From an uncultured Candidatus Saccharibacteria bacterium (GTDB taxonomy: Bacteria; Patescibacteriota; Minisyncoccia; UBA6257; GWB1-50-10): 58,743 nucleotides of DNA. The DNA lies in assembly GCA_964565515.1 (NCBI GenBank), contig CAZMFA010000002.1:1-58743 (forward strand). Reading direction: 5' to 3'. The notes under the pieces are model-generated. The model made no database searches. It saw only the letters and a list, made by a program, of their open reading frames with translations, and was not told the origin of the DNA. Of the stretch, positions 9,561 through 19,062 are shown piece by piece (positions within the stretch are counted from its first letter, which is position 1; the number at the start of each line of letters is the position of its first letter). Position numbers and translations under genes: made by a program.

Positions 9561-10246
9561 ATGCCATAAAAACAACTCTTGTCGCTCTTGCCGTCCTCGT
9601 TGTTGCGGCCGGAACGGCGGCAAAAATAAACGCTCAAGCGACGGGGAACAATTACTCGGCGATTATCACCTGGAGAGCGAACAACTATCATCCTTCCGAT
9701 TTCTTAGGAAAGGCGCTCCCGACCAACGGTACGACTGTTTCGTTGTCCGTCATCGTCCTCAATAATCAAAAGGTTCAAGACTCGTTGAGTCTGCCGATCC
9801 TTTGGTATGTGGATGGAAATTTTATGAACGGCGGCGTCGGGCAATCTCGAACGAGTTTTACCGTTACGAAAACTGCGGGTGATTCTCATGTCGTAAGCGT
9901 GCAAATAGGGGTGGGGGGGCAGACCATTTCTGCATCAACGAGAATCCCCGTGACAAGCTATAAAGCTGTCATAAACGCTCCTTATCCGGCTCAAACCGTG
10001 AACCAAAATTCGACGGCCAACCTCGAAATAATTCCTTACTTCTTCAATGTCACCTCGTTCAACGATTTCCTCTTTTCTTGGAACGTCAACAACCTCCAAA
10101 ACGTGACGAGTACCACCGACAACACCCTAGCGCTCCAAGTCGGGCAAGTCGGTACGGCGCAAAACATTTCTATCAATGCTTCGGTAGAAAACTCGGCGAA
10201 TGCGTTCGAATTCGCCTACGGGAAAATAAACCTCTATGTCCAATAA
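9557..10246 (+). CDS. secreted hypothetical protein
   Basis: 229-aa ORF with signal peptide MNAIKTTLVALAVLVVAAGTAAKINAQA. Confidence 0.5.
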   Translation: MNAIKTTLVALAVLVVAAGTAAKINAQATGNNYSAIITWRANNYHPSDFLGKALPTNGTTVSLSVIVLNNQKVQDSLSLPILWYVDGNFMNGGVGQSRTSFTVTKTAGDSHVVSVQIGVGGQTISASTRIPVTSYKAVINAPYPAQTVNQNSTANLEIIPYFFNVTSFNDFLFSWNVNNLQNVTSTTDNTLALQVGQVGTAQNISINASVENSANAFEFAYGKINLYVQ

Positions 10247-11093
10247 GAACAAGAAAATTTTGATCTTGGCGGCGCTGCTCTTCATCACCCTCATTCCCCC
10301 CATAACCCACGCGCTCGATCTCCAGCTTTACAGCTCTCCGCCGTGCCTTTTGACCGATGTTTACGGCGGATGCAACGCTTCGAGCAGCTTGAACGGCTAC
10401 ATTCAACTCCTCTACCGATTCGGCCTCGGCATCGGCGGCATTCTTGCCGTCGGCATGATTGTTTGGGGATCCATCCTCATATCCATTTCCGGGAGTATTG
10501 ATAAGGAGCGGGAAGGGCGAGACTTTATAACCTCGGCTCTCTTCGGCTTGGCTCTCCTCTTCGGCGCTTACCTCATCTTGAACCAAATCAACCCGAATTT
10601 GGTGCAACTCGTGCCGCCAAGCGCTCCTTTTGCGCCGACGCCCGCGGTGCCTGGGGGACAAATGTCCCCGGATATGTACGCGAGCAACGCCGCAAATCTC
10701 CAAACACTCCAACAGGCGGGGGTTGGCGTCTCTTCCACGGGGGGTTGTTATGACGCCTACAACGCAAAATGCACGAGTTTGGCCGATATGCCCCAAAACG
10801 CCATCGATTTTCTCGTTAATCTAAAGAAGGCGTGCAACTGCGACATCACAGTAACCGGCGGAACGGAAGTCGGCCACGTATCCCACGGGCTCAATAAACC
10901 CGTTTTTGATCTCCGAACGTCGAGCGCCTTTGTAAGCTATATCCAAACCAACCTCAATCGGACCAGCGGAACCCTGGACGGGGTCCACATCGATCAAATT
11001 TGCACGACAAACGCAAACGCGAACATCCGCTATAATTGTTCAAACTACAGCGAGTCGGAAGAGCACGTCCATATTTCCTTGAGCGGGAATTAA
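10236..11093 (+). CDS. T4SS pilin-like (VirB2/TrbC-like) domain fused to a LAS/M15-type zinc peptidase-like domain
   Basis: A signal sequence is followed by two hydrophobic helices (GIGGILAVGMIVWGSILISI ... ALFGLALLFGAYLILNQINPNL), a layout typical of T4SS pilins. The C-terminal part has SHGLNKPVFD and EHVHIS, which fit the H-x(n)-D ... H-x-H zinc motif. Confidence 0.5.
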   Translation: MSNKNKKILILAALLFITLIPPITHALDLQLYSSPPCLLTDVYGGCNASSSLNGYIQLLYRFGLGIGGILAVGMIVWGSILISISGSIDKEREGRDFITSALFGLALLFGAYLILNQINPNLVQLVPPSAPFAPTPAVPGGQMSPDMYASNAANLQTLQQAGVGVSSTGGCYDAYNAKCTSLADMPQNAIDFLVNLKKACNCDITVTGGTEVGHVSHGLNKPVFDLRTSSAFVSYIQTNLNRTSGTLDGVHIDQICTTNANANIRYNCSNYSESEEHVHISLSGN

Positions 11094-11099
11094 TCAACC

Positions 11100-12278
11100 A
11101 TGAAACGATTTTCAAAAATATTCATCTACCTGGGGGTTGTAATCGCCATTGGTCTCATTTTATACCTCGTGTGGAATCTTTTCGTCCCGAAGCCGATTCC
11201 GCCCGCAACCCCTGCAACCTCCACGACCGGCGGAAGCGCTTTGCCGACCGGGCAAACGACGGGTGGTATAGGTACGGGAACATCTTCGGCGACGACTTCA
11301 GCTGTGAGCGCCCCGACACTCACGAAAATATCCGACCACGATGTCTTTTATTACTGGGTCGACCCCCAAACAAGCGATGTGGAATATTTGGGAACTGACG
11401 GCGAGGTTTGGAGCGCGAGAAACGGCGGCGACGTATCCAACTCGCAGCAAACCGTAAGTGCACTTCGGAGCGCCGAGGTTTATCAAAACGGGCAAGAGGT
11501 TTTGGTTTCCTTCGGCGACCCGATATCGCCCCAATGGGCTATTTACAACGCAGTCGACAAAACATGGCACTCGCTTCCTCAGTCGATTGAAAACGCCACA
11601 TGGGGCGCAAATCAAAACCAGCTCATTGCTCTCGTAAAAAACATCGACTCATACTCTCTTTCTTATGTTGACTTGACGAAGAATCCACCGGTTTTCAAGG
11701 TGATTGCCAACAACTTTTATTTTCACGATGCGATATTCACCTTCAGCTCCCCCGGAACGCTCATCATCACCGAGCGGCCTTCGAACACATACCAAGGGAG
11801 TGTGTGGGAATTGAATTTGAAAACGCTGTCGCTTAACATGCTCCTCGAACCACAAAACGGCCTCTTTGCCGAGCCAAGCCGAGACGGATCCCTTATTTAT
11901 GAAACGGCAAACGGCACGACAAGCGTCATCAACACCTCAACCCTTCAACCGTCCAATCTTCCCTTCCCCTCCCTTCCCAATAAATGCGACTTGTCGGCCG
12001 ACGCTTCTTCGTCCAATATTTATTGCTTTTCTCCCGAAAATTTGACTCAAAGCGTCACCATGCCGGACGATTATCTCATGAAGGCGTTCTACACGATCGA
12101 CATCTTGTATAATTATCAATTTGCAAGCGGCAACACGAGGGCGGTCATTTTGAGCGGGGCACCCGGCGTACCGATGATAGATGCCACGGAAGTTGTTTCC
12201 TCGGGAAATAACATATATTTCGTGAATCGGTACGATCAATCACTCTACCAACTCGCTCTTCCGAGCTCAGGAAACTAA
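11100..12278 (+). CDS. membrane-anchored hypothetical protein (last gene of cluster)
   Basis: 392-aa ORF with an N-terminal TM helix, a T/S/G/P-rich linker and a beta-rich domain. Confidence 0.5.
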   Translation: MKRFSKIFIYLGVVIAIGLILYLVWNLFVPKPIPPATPATSTTGGSALPTGQTTGGIGTGTSSATTSAVSAPTLTKISDHDVFYYWVDPQTSDVEYLGTDGEVWSARNGGDVSNSQQTVSALRSAEVYQNGQEVLVSFGDPISPQWAIYNAVDKTWHSLPQSIENATWGANQNQLIALVKNIDSYSLSYVDLTKNPPVFKVIANNFYFHDAIFTFSSPGTLIITERPSNTYQGSVWELNLKTLSLNMLLEPQNGLFAEPSRDGSLIYETANGTTSVINTSTLQPSNLPFPSLPNKCDLSADASSSNIYCFSPENLTQSVTMPDDYLMKAFYTIDILYNYQFASGNTRAVILSGAPGVPMIDATEVVSSGNNIYFVNRYDQSLYQLALPSSGN

Positions 12279-12287
12279 AAGTCCGAG

Positions 12288-12716
12288 CTAACCCTCTATT
12301 GGAATAATGACGATGTGGCGTTCCTTTCCAACGCCGATGCTCTCCGTCCGGAGATCGGGATTTGATGCTATTTCAACGTGAACGAGGCGCCGCTCATACG
12401 AATTCATGGGCGGCAGGGCGACTTCCCCTTTTGATATTTTTACTTTCTTTGCACCGGCTTTGGCGAGCTCGATGATCAAGCGTTCGCGCTCCCGGCGGTA
12501 GTAGTTCATATCGACGACGTACGGGGGTTTTTCTCCCCGCTTCAAGCCCAAATTAATGAGGTGTTCGACGGGTTGCAGGATGGTCGGAATTTGAGAACGG
12601 AAAAATTCATCGTCGATCACAATCGAAATCTTCCTCACGCTCTCGTCAATATTCACCTCGACCTCGTTAAACCCCATCAAGGTAAAGAGTTGTCGCACGT
12701 AATCAACTATGTCCAT
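12288..12716 (-). CDS. jag: Jag/KhpB-like RNA-binding protein (KH + R3H)
   Basis: R3H-like motif NSYERRLVHVEIA; conserved position downstream of yidC. Confidence 0.7.
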   Translation of the reverse strand: MDIVDYVRQLFTLMGFNEVEVNIDESVRKISIVIDDEFFRSQIPTILQPVEHLINLGLKRGEKPPYVVDMNYYRRERERLIIELAKAGAKKVKISKGEVALPPMNSYERRLVHVEIASNPDLRTESIGVGKERHIVIIPIEG

Positions 12717-12765
12717 TAGTGGGTAGTATCGCTTATTTCCAGCTCTTTTTCAACCCCTCGACGAT

Positions 12766-13437
12766 TTATTCCTCCAATGAAACCGGATCGACGGCAATCC
12801 GCTTATTGATGTAGATTTGCTGAATGAACGAAAATACCGTAAAGGTCAGCCAGTAAAGGGCTATCGCCGACGGAAGATTTCCCAAAATCAAAATGGTCAC
12901 CAGGGGGCCTAAAACGACCATGGTTTTCTGCATTTGCGCCTGCGCTCCCCCTCCGGATTGTTTCGGCATCATGGCCTTCGTTTGGAAGTACTGAAGGACG
13001 GCCGCCACAATAACCACGATCCAATTTTTTGCCGTAAGATCAAAAAGACCGAAGAAGGTCGGCGACACGAAGCCGAAATTCTTTATTTGATTGCTGAATA
13101 AATCAAAGAGTGCCAAAAAGATCGGTATTTGAACAATAAGGAGGAGGAGGCTGGAAAAGGGATTGATTTTGTGCTTCTTGTAAAGCTCCATAAGCGCTTC
13201 CGCCTGCTTTCCCTTGTCGTTCTTGTGCTTTTCTTGAATTTGCTTGATGTGAGGCTGGAGCTTTTGCATGATGGTTTGGTCCTTGGCGCCCTTATAAAAG
13301 AAGGGGAGAAGCACGACCCGAACCAAAACCGTAAGGATCACTATGGACAAACCGAGATCGTGAAAAGCGACGGATTGATAAATAAAAACCAAAACCGCAA
13401 AAAGCGGCTTTGAAATATAGAGATCAATGAATGACAT
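12766..13437 (-). CDS. yidC: membrane protein insertase YidC (short form)
   Basis: 223 aa with multiple TM helices; the segment LLPFFYKGAKDQTIMQKLQPHIKQIQEKHKND...LMELYKKHKINP is typical of YidC/Oxa1; rnpA-yidC synteny. Confidence 0.85.
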   Translation of the reverse strand: MSFIDLYISKPLFAVLVFIYQSVAFHDLGLSIVILTVLVRVVLLPFFYKGAKDQTIMQKLQPHIKQIQEKHKNDKGKQAEALMELYKKHKINPFSSLLLLIVQIPIFLALFDLFSNQIKNFGFVSPTFFGLFDLTAKNWIVVIVAAVLQYFQTKAMMPKQSGGGAQAQMQKTMVVLGPLVTILILGNLPSAIALYWLTFTVFSFIQQIYINKRIAVDPVSLEE

Positions 13438-13682
13438 TAAAGGGTGGTTTCTTTTATTTGCGACTCAACTTCCTTTTGCAACTCTTTAAAGCTTAAACCA
13501 AAAACACCGGGTTTGGCAACAACAAAAAACCGGGATCCTTTGCCTTCGAAGGGATGGATAACCGAACGTATCCGCCTTCGCATAAGATTCCGGTCGGAGG
13601 CCTTGGGGGCCACTTTTTTACTGACGACGATAACCGACTTTCTGGAGCCGCCGTTCGAATTTTTTTTGACAGAAACGAGCAC
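13437..13682 (-). CDS. rnpA: ribonuclease P protein component
   Basis: 81-aa basic protein with DRNLMRRRIRSVI; GTG start; sits between rpmH and yidC. Confidence 0.7.
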   Translation of the reverse strand: MLVSVKKNSNGGSRKSVIVVSKKVAPKASDRNLMRRRIRSVIHPFEGKGSRFFVVAKPGVFGLSFKELQKEVESQIKETTL

Positions 13683-13683
13683 G

Positions 13684-13812
13684 TTACGCGGAAAGTCTTT
13701 TTCTTCCCTTCCTTCTCCGCTTCGTAAGGACCTTCTTATTACTCCTTGACCGCTTAAGGAATCCGTGCGTCCGTCTCCTTTTCTTCTTTTTTGGTTGGTA
13801 TGTTCTCGACAT
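13684..13812 (-). CDS. rpmH: 50S ribosomal protein L34
   Basis: Hand-translated 42-aa ORF, absent from the ORF track: [42 protein letters not shown]. Confidence 0.85.
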   Translation of the reverse strand: MSRTYQPKKKKRRRTHGFLKRSRSNKKVLTKRRRKGRKRLSA

Positions 13813-13849
13813 TGCGTTTAGTATACAACACGGCAAGGTTTTCAACAAC

Positions 13850-13858
13850 TAATCCACA
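13850..13858 (+). promoter_or_regulatory. DnaA-box-like site TAATCCACA
   Basis: 8/9 match to TTATCCACA in the rpmH-dnaA intergenic region. Confidence 0.4.
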
Positions 13859-13889
13859 ATTAAAGCACACAGGGGTCTTAAAAGCAATG

Positions 13890-13920
13890 TTGCAACTTTC
13901 TAAAATACCTCTATCATAAT
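13890..13920 (+). promoter_or_regulatory. dnaA promoter (-35 TTGCAA, -10 CATAAT), probably leaderless
   Basis: CATAAT at 13915-13920 lies 8 nt before ATG 13929. TTGCAA at 13890-13895 gives a long 19-nt spacer. Confidence 0.4.
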
Positions 13921-13928
13921 AAAAACTT

Positions 13929-15296
13929 ATGGAAGAGCAAGAAATCTGGAAAAATGTTTTAGGGGATATCGAGCTCCAAATATCGAAACCGAATTTCTTG
14001 ACGTGGTTGAAAAACAGCCAACTCGTCGGCTTGAATAAAAAGGAGGGCGTCGTCATGGTTGGCCTTCCCAACAACTTCGCCAAAGAGTGGGTAAAAAGCA
14101 GATATCACAAACTTATCCTGACTTCCATTCGTAACCTCGACGGATCAATAAAAAATATCGATTATGTTGTCGTCAACTCCTCCCACGCGGGAACCGATGA
14201 CAAAAAGACCGCCTCGGCCCCGGAGCGTGGCACGCCTCAATCCTCTCTCATTGATATAAAAGTCGACTCCAAAACGAACCTCAACCCGAAATACAACTTC
14301 AAGAACTACATCGTTGGATCATCCAACGAACTGGCAACCGCTGCGGCGCAAGCCATCATTAAAAATATCGGAAAAAAATACAATCCGCTTTTTATATACG
14401 GCGGCGTCGGCCTCGGTAAAACCCATCTCCTTCAGGCGACTGGAAACGAAATCATCAACCATTACAAAAATTCGGTCGCCGTTCTTTATATTTCATCGGA
14501 AAAATTCATCAACGACGTCGTATGGGCTCTCCGAAACAAACGGACGGACGATATGAAGAAGAAATATCGCGACGTCGACGTCCTCATCATCGACGACATT
14601 CAATTCATCGGCGGGAAGGCGGCAACTGAACAGGAATTCTTCTACACCTTCAACACACTCTACGAAAACAACAAGCAAATCATCATTTCTTCCGACCGGC
14701 CGCCGACAGCCATCCCGACGCTCGAAGAGCGGCTTCGATCGAGGTTTGAGGGGGGGATGATAGCCGACATCACCTACCCAGATTACGAAATGAGGCTCGC
14801 GATCCTGAAAACAAAGGCGCAAAACCAGTCTATCTTCATAGAGGATTCAATACTTGAGCAAATAGCATCAAAGGTGCAAAGAAATATGCGGGAATTGGAG
14901 GGTGTTTTTAATAAGGTTGTTTTTTACGAGCAGTATAAAAATCAAAAAATAGACGGCAAAAAACTCGATGAAATCATAGGTGAAGCGATTCAAGTGACGC
15001 CGAAAAATATAACCGCCGGCGATATTATACGGATCGTCGCGGAATTTTTTGAGGTGCCGGCGGCCGATATGACCGACAAAAGCAGGAAGCAGGAAATCGT
15101 TGAGCCGAGACAAATCGCCATGTTCCTTATGCGCGACGTTCTTAAACTTTCCTTTCCGCATATCGGGGAAAAACTTGGAAAGCGGGATCACACAACCGCC
15201 ATCCACGCCTGCGAGAAAATAAGCCAAGAAATAACCCGCAACCCATCCTTAAATCAAAAAATAATGCTTATTAAGGAAAGGTTGTATAAGGTGTAG
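13929..15296 (+). CDS. dnaA: chromosomal replication initiator DnaA
   Basis: 455 aa; AAA+ Walker A GGVGLGKTHLL, Walker B LIIDDIQF; C-terminal DNA-binding motif DHTTAIHA. Confidence 0.95.
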   Translation: MEEQEIWKNVLGDIELQISKPNFLTWLKNSQLVGLNKKEGVVMVGLPNNFAKEWVKSRYHKLILTSIRNLDGSIKNIDYVVVNSSHAGTDDKKTASAPERGTPQSSLIDIKVDSKTNLNPKYNFKNYIVGSSNELATAAAQAIIKNIGKKYNPLFIYGGVGLGKTHLLQATGNEIINHYKNSVAVLYISSEKFINDVVWALRNKRTDDMKKKYRDVDVLIIDDIQFIGGKAATEQEFFYTFNTLYENNKQIIISSDRPPTAIPTLEERLRSRFEGGMIADITYPDYEMRLAILKTKAQNQSIFIEDSILEQIASKVQRNMRELEGVFNKVVFYEQYKNQKIDGKKLDEIIGEAIQVTPKNITAGDIIRIVAEFFEVPAADMTDKSRKQEIVEPRQIAMFLMRDVLKLSFPHIGEKLGKRDHTTAIHACEKISQEITRNPSLNQKIMLIKERLYKV

Positions 15297-15436
15297 AATA
15301 ACTGTGGATGGCTTACGGGGAAATTGGCTAGAAAACGGACAACCCCCAAAAATCTTCCCCACCTAAACCAACCCCATCAACACCTAACTAAAAAACAAAA
15401 GAGGAAAAAGTCCGCTCAAGGAAACAAAAAACGAAT

Positions 15437-15453
15437 TTATCCACATATCCACA
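15437..15453 (+). promoter_or_regulatory. two adjacent DnaA boxes (TTATCCACA + TATCCACA)
   Basis: A perfect consensus box at 15437-15445 is followed directly by TATCCACA at 15446-15453. A further ATCCACA lies on the opposite strand at 15303-15309. Confidence 0.6.
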
Positions 15454-15468
15454 CCGCCGACTACTACT

Positions 15469-16572
15469 ATGAAATTAATTATACTAAGAACTAACTTATT
15501 AGAAGCGTTGGGGAGTATTGAGCGAGCCGTTGGCGAAAACGTAAATCTCCCGATATTAAAAAACTTCCTCGTGAGGGCTTTGGGGGGTGGGATAGAGTTT
15601 GTTTCAACAAACCTGGAAATAGCCGTGGAACGCAAAACCGCCGGAAAGGTGATTGAGGAGGGGGAGGCGACCATCCCGTTCTCGATTTTTAATTCCATTA
15701 TTCGAAACCTCACGACTGAGCGGATAACCATCGAGCGCGAAAAAGACAAGATTATGGTGAGCTCCGACAATTATGAGAGCGTCATTCAAGACGAGGATCC
15801 CAAGGAGTTTCCCATCATACCGCGCATTGCTGACACGGAGCGGTTTTTGAGGGTGAAGACGGAGCGGCTGAAGGATGTGTTGCGAAACATCTCTTTGTCT
15901 GTCCAGTATTCGACTATACGGCCGGAAATAAGCGGCGTTTATTTAAGTCAATTAAATGGAATATTATCTTTTGTTGGGACCGACGGATTCCGCCTGTCGG
16001 AGATTGTAGTTGGGGAGGGTGGTTTTACTTCCACTATGGATGATTTTTCTCTTATCATCCCGCTTCGGACTGCTCAAGAGGCGATCCGAATGTTCAATGG
16101 GGCGGAAGAGTTGTCTATTTTTACCGACTCGAATCAAATACTACTTGAAAGCGATGGTGAAAAAATAATTTCTCGGATTATCGATGGTTCATTTCCCGAC
16201 TACAAGTCCGTCATCCCCAAAGATTTTAAAACAACCGTTTCTTTGGATAAGAACGAGTTTTTGAATTCTTTGAAGTTGGTGAGTGCGTTTTCCGGGAAAG
16301 CCAACGATGTCAGTTTGAAAACGGGAGAAAATGGAAAGTTTTTGGAGGTTTCGGCTTCCGATGCAACACTCGGTAAGAATGTTTACAAGATACCCGCGAA
16401 AATAAAAGGCGACGGGTTTGCGGTGGTCTTTAATTGGCGGTACTTATTGGACGGATTGAAGATTTATCGGGGTGAAGAGGTTGATTTCCGCGTCTCCATG
16501 GATAAGCCGGCCGCAATAACGAGCCCTAAGGAATCCAATACGATTTATATTGTCATGCCCATCAAGGGGTGA
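15469..16572 (+). CDS. dnaN: DNA polymerase III beta sliding clamp
   Basis: 367 aa; dnaA-dnaN synteny; three-domain length; N-terminus MKLIILRTNLLEAL is typical. Confidence 0.9.
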   Translation: MKLIILRTNLLEALGSIERAVGENVNLPILKNFLVRALGGGIEFVSTNLEIAVERKTAGKVIEEGEATIPFSIFNSIIRNLTTERITIEREKDKIMVSSDNYESVIQDEDPKEFPIIPRIADTERFLRVKTERLKDVLRNISLSVQYSTIRPEISGVYLSQLNGILSFVGTDGFRLSEIVVGEGGFTSTMDDFSLIIPLRTAQEAIRMFNGAEELSIFTDSNQILLESDGEKIISRIIDGSFPDYKSVIPKDFKTTVSLDKNEFLNSLKLVSAFSGKANDVSLKTGENGKFLEVSASDATLGKNVYKIPAKIKGDGFAVVFNWRYLLDGLKIYRGEEVDFRVSMDKPAAITSPKESNTIYIVMPIKG

Positions 16573-16587
16573 TTTATTGTAAGCCCC

Positions 16588-18723
16588 TCAGTCCGGCATA
16601 TTCTTTGAGACCCAATCAAGAACGCCAGCTTCCCAGTTGGTGAATTGGGGATCGCTCATGGGATTCGCCGGGACTGGTCCTGTTGGGTCGCTCTTGTTTG
16701 TGTAATAGAGGATGGAGTGGATCAATCCGTCGTTGATGTATTGCCCATTCAACATCGGCTTGGTGTTTGGCGGAAGTGGATCCGGCGGCGTGAACGATTC
16801 TTGGGGGTAGTTCGGCAGGACCTTATTCAAAAAATCGCTCCACATCGGCACGGCAGCCAAGATGCTTGTACCGCTGTGCTGCATCGGCGTATTGTCGCTG
16901 TTGCCCGCCCACACGCCGACGGCAAGAGCGGGGGTGTATCCAAAGGCCCACGCGTCGCGGTAGTCGTTTGTTGTGCCGGTTTTCAAGGCGACGTCATAGC
17001 CCGGAAACACTGTTTTGTTGAAACTTGCTTGAAAGAGGGGCTGTCGGAAGGCCGGGTTCGAGAGGATGTAGTTAATCCATCTGATGTAGGTTGGGATATC
17101 GACGCGCGTCGATTGATCTTGATACTTTTCGAGGGTGTTGCCGTTTGCGTCGTCAACCTCTAAAACCATAGTTTGGCTGTGTTCAACCCCTTCCTGGGAC
17201 AAGATGGAGTAAGCCTTCAAGAGATCTATTAATTTCACCTCGCCGCCGCCCAAAACCAACGAAAGGCCGTAGCGCGACGGATCGTTGAGAGTTGTTATCC
17301 CAAAACTTTGCAGTTTATTGAGTGCGTTTTGGAGGCCGACGAGGTAAAGAACCTTGACTGCCGCGACGTTGATGGATTCAGGGAGAGCTTGCTCGAAAGT
17401 GACCGGACCTTGGAAATTTTCGAAGTCTTGGGGGTGAAAGCAGGACTTTTTATAATTAACATCTGTGTTATTAAAATCGGGGATGGCTGTACAGACGGGG
17501 TTATTGGGCACGAATTCGGTCGGAACGTCCCAAACCATCGTATTCGGTGGATAGCCGTCTTCCAGGGCCTGCAGGTAAACGAAGGGCTTGAGACTCGATC
17601 CCGGTTGTCGGAGGCCCTGGAGCGGCATATCGAAATTTCCGTCGATACTTTGATCAAAATAGTTCGCCGACCCGACGAGCGCCAAAATTTGGCCCGTTGT
17701 CGGATCTTCGGCGACGAGCGCAGCGTTTTTGCTGTTATACAACTTTGTGTTCCTTGCTACGCCGGTTTCCACCGCGCTTTCGGCCGCTTGCTGCATATTC
17801 CAATCGAGCGTCGTGATAACTTTTAATCCGCCGTTCAACACCATATCCTCGCCGTATTTATTGACCAGGTAATCTTTGACGGCCATGACGAAATGGGGAG
17901 CTTTTATGGTTCCCAGTGATGGCGGCACAAAGTCCAGTTTTTCTGATTTTGCTTGATCGGCTTCCGCTTGCGCTAGGTATCCTTGTTGGGCCATCCGATC
18001 CAAAACATAATGCTGTCTCGCGATGAGATCGCTTACGTGGTCGCCCCATGGGGAGTAGTAAGTCGGCGCTTGGGGGAGGCTTGCGATGATGGCCGACTCG
18101 GCGAGGTCGAGGTCTTTGGCCGGCTTGCCAAAATAGGTTTGGCTTGCCGCTTCGACACCATAGGCATTCGACCCGTAGGGGATTTGATTGAGATAAAAAT
18201 CGAGGATTTGGTCCTTGGGATATTTTGCCTCCAATTCAACAGCCAAGATCATTTCCTTCACCTTCCGGCTTATTGTTTTTTGCGACGAAAGGAAAATGTT
18301 TTTTGCAAGTTGCTGGGTTATGGTCGATCCGCCTTGGACGGGTGCTCCGGCGCGGATGTCGGCCCAAAGGGACCGCAGAATCCCTTCCCAGTCGATGGCC
18401 GGGCGCGTGTAGAAATTCGCGTCCTCGATGGCTATGGTCGCTTCCTTGAGATAGGTCGGTATTTCAGAGAAGGGGATGACGGTTCTCTTTTGCTCTCCGT
18501 GAATTTCATAGAGTAAAACCTTCCCCGTGCGGTCGTAAATCTTGGTCGATTGGCTTGTTTGGTGGAATTGAAATTGTTCGGGTGTTGGGAGCGTTCGTAT
18601 GAGGAGCGCAACGTAGACGACGCCGACCGCAACCCCGATGGTAAGAAGCGAAAAGAGGGCCAGTACTATGATTGGTACAAGCCTCCTTTTGTTTTTTGCC
18701 CTTGCTTTTCCTTTTGGCGGCAC
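16588..18723 (-). CDS. class A penicillin-binding protein (glycosyltransferase + transpeptidase)
   Basis: 711 aa with an N-terminal TM anchor. GT51 motifs EDANFY and GGSTITQQLAKN are present, as is the transpeptidase SxxK motif (GSSLKPF) and KTGTT. Confidence 0.85.
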   Translation of the reverse strand: MPPKGKARAKNKRRLVPIIVLALFSLLTIGVAVGVVYVALLIRTLPTPEQFQFHQTSQSTKIYDRTGKVLLYEIHGEQKRTVIPFSEIPTYLKEATIAIEDANFYTRPAIDWEGILRSLWADIRAGAPVQGGSTITQQLAKNIFLSSQKTISRKVKEMILAVELEAKYPKDQILDFYLNQIPYGSNAYGVEAASQTYFGKPAKDLDLAESAIIASLPQAPTYYSPWGDHVSDLIARQHYVLDRMAQQGYLAQAEADQAKSEKLDFVPPSLGTIKAPHFVMAVKDYLVNKYGEDMVLNGGLKVITTLDWNMQQAAESAVETGVARNTKLYNSKNAALVAEDPTTGQILALVGSANYFDQSIDGNFDMPLQGLRQPGSSLKPFVYLQALEDGYPPNTMVWDVPTEFVPNNPVCTAIPDFNNTDVNYKKSCFHPQDFENFQGPVTFEQALPESINVAAVKVLYLVGLQNALNKLQSFGITTLNDPSRYGLSLVLGGGEVKLIDLLKAYSILSQEGVEHSQTMVLEVDDANGNTLEKYQDQSTRVDIPTYIRWINYILSNPAFRQPLFQASFNKTVFPGYDVALKTGTTNDYRDAWAFGYTPALAVGVWAGNSDNTPMQHSGTSILAAVPMWSDFLNKVLPNYPQESFTPPDPLPPNTKPMLNGQYINDGLIHSILYYTNKSDPTGPVPANPMSDPQFTNWEAGVLDWVSKNMPD

Positions 18724-18729
18724 GGGTTC

Positions 18730-18735
18730 ATTGTA
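18730..18735 (-). promoter_or_regulatory. -10 TACAAT 6 nt upstream of the PBP GTG start
   Basis: Minus strand reads TACAATGAACCCGTG. Confidence 0.35.
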
Positions 18736-18761
18736 CCTCTTGATTGTTTACGGCACAATGA

Positions 18762-18788
18762 AAATTCCGGCACTTTGTGCCGGAATTT
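18762..18788 (-). terminator. intrinsic terminator hairpin
   Basis: 12-bp stem AAATTCCGGCAC/GTGCCGGAATTT with a 3-nt loop, followed by a T-run on the minus strand, downstream of the 18807 ORF. Confidence 0.65.
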
Positions 18789-18806
18789 CTTTATTACAAA
18801 AGCCAG

Positions 18807-19052
18807 TTAAACTTCTTCGTCCGATTCTTCTATGAACTCGTTATCAAGATCATCGACACCGAGACCGTCCTCGTCCATGTTTTCCCCCAACTCTTTTTCG
18901 TCGAGGTTTTGGTTTTCGGCGCCAACTTCCTCTTCTTCGTCTCCGTCATGAAGCGCATTCAGGTATAGAGGGCTCAATTTCTTTAATTCGGCAGTTCTCA
19001 TGATTGCTTTTATGAAGCGACCTTTTATTTGAGTTGAAATTATAGCCGGCAT
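18807..19052 (-). CDS. small protein with strongly acidic C-terminal tail
   Basis: The ORF-track entry 18807-19127 overlaps ruvC, so an internal ATG at 19052 or 19001 is more likely. The tail is DGDEEEEVGAENQNLDEKELGENMDEDGLGVDDLDNEFIEESDEEV. Confidence 0.35.
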   Translation of the reverse strand: MPAIISTQIKGRFIKAIMRTAELKKLSPLYLNALHDGDEEEEVGAENQNLDEKELGENMDEDGLGVDDLDNEFIEESDEEV

Positions 19053-19062
19053 CCTTGAAATG

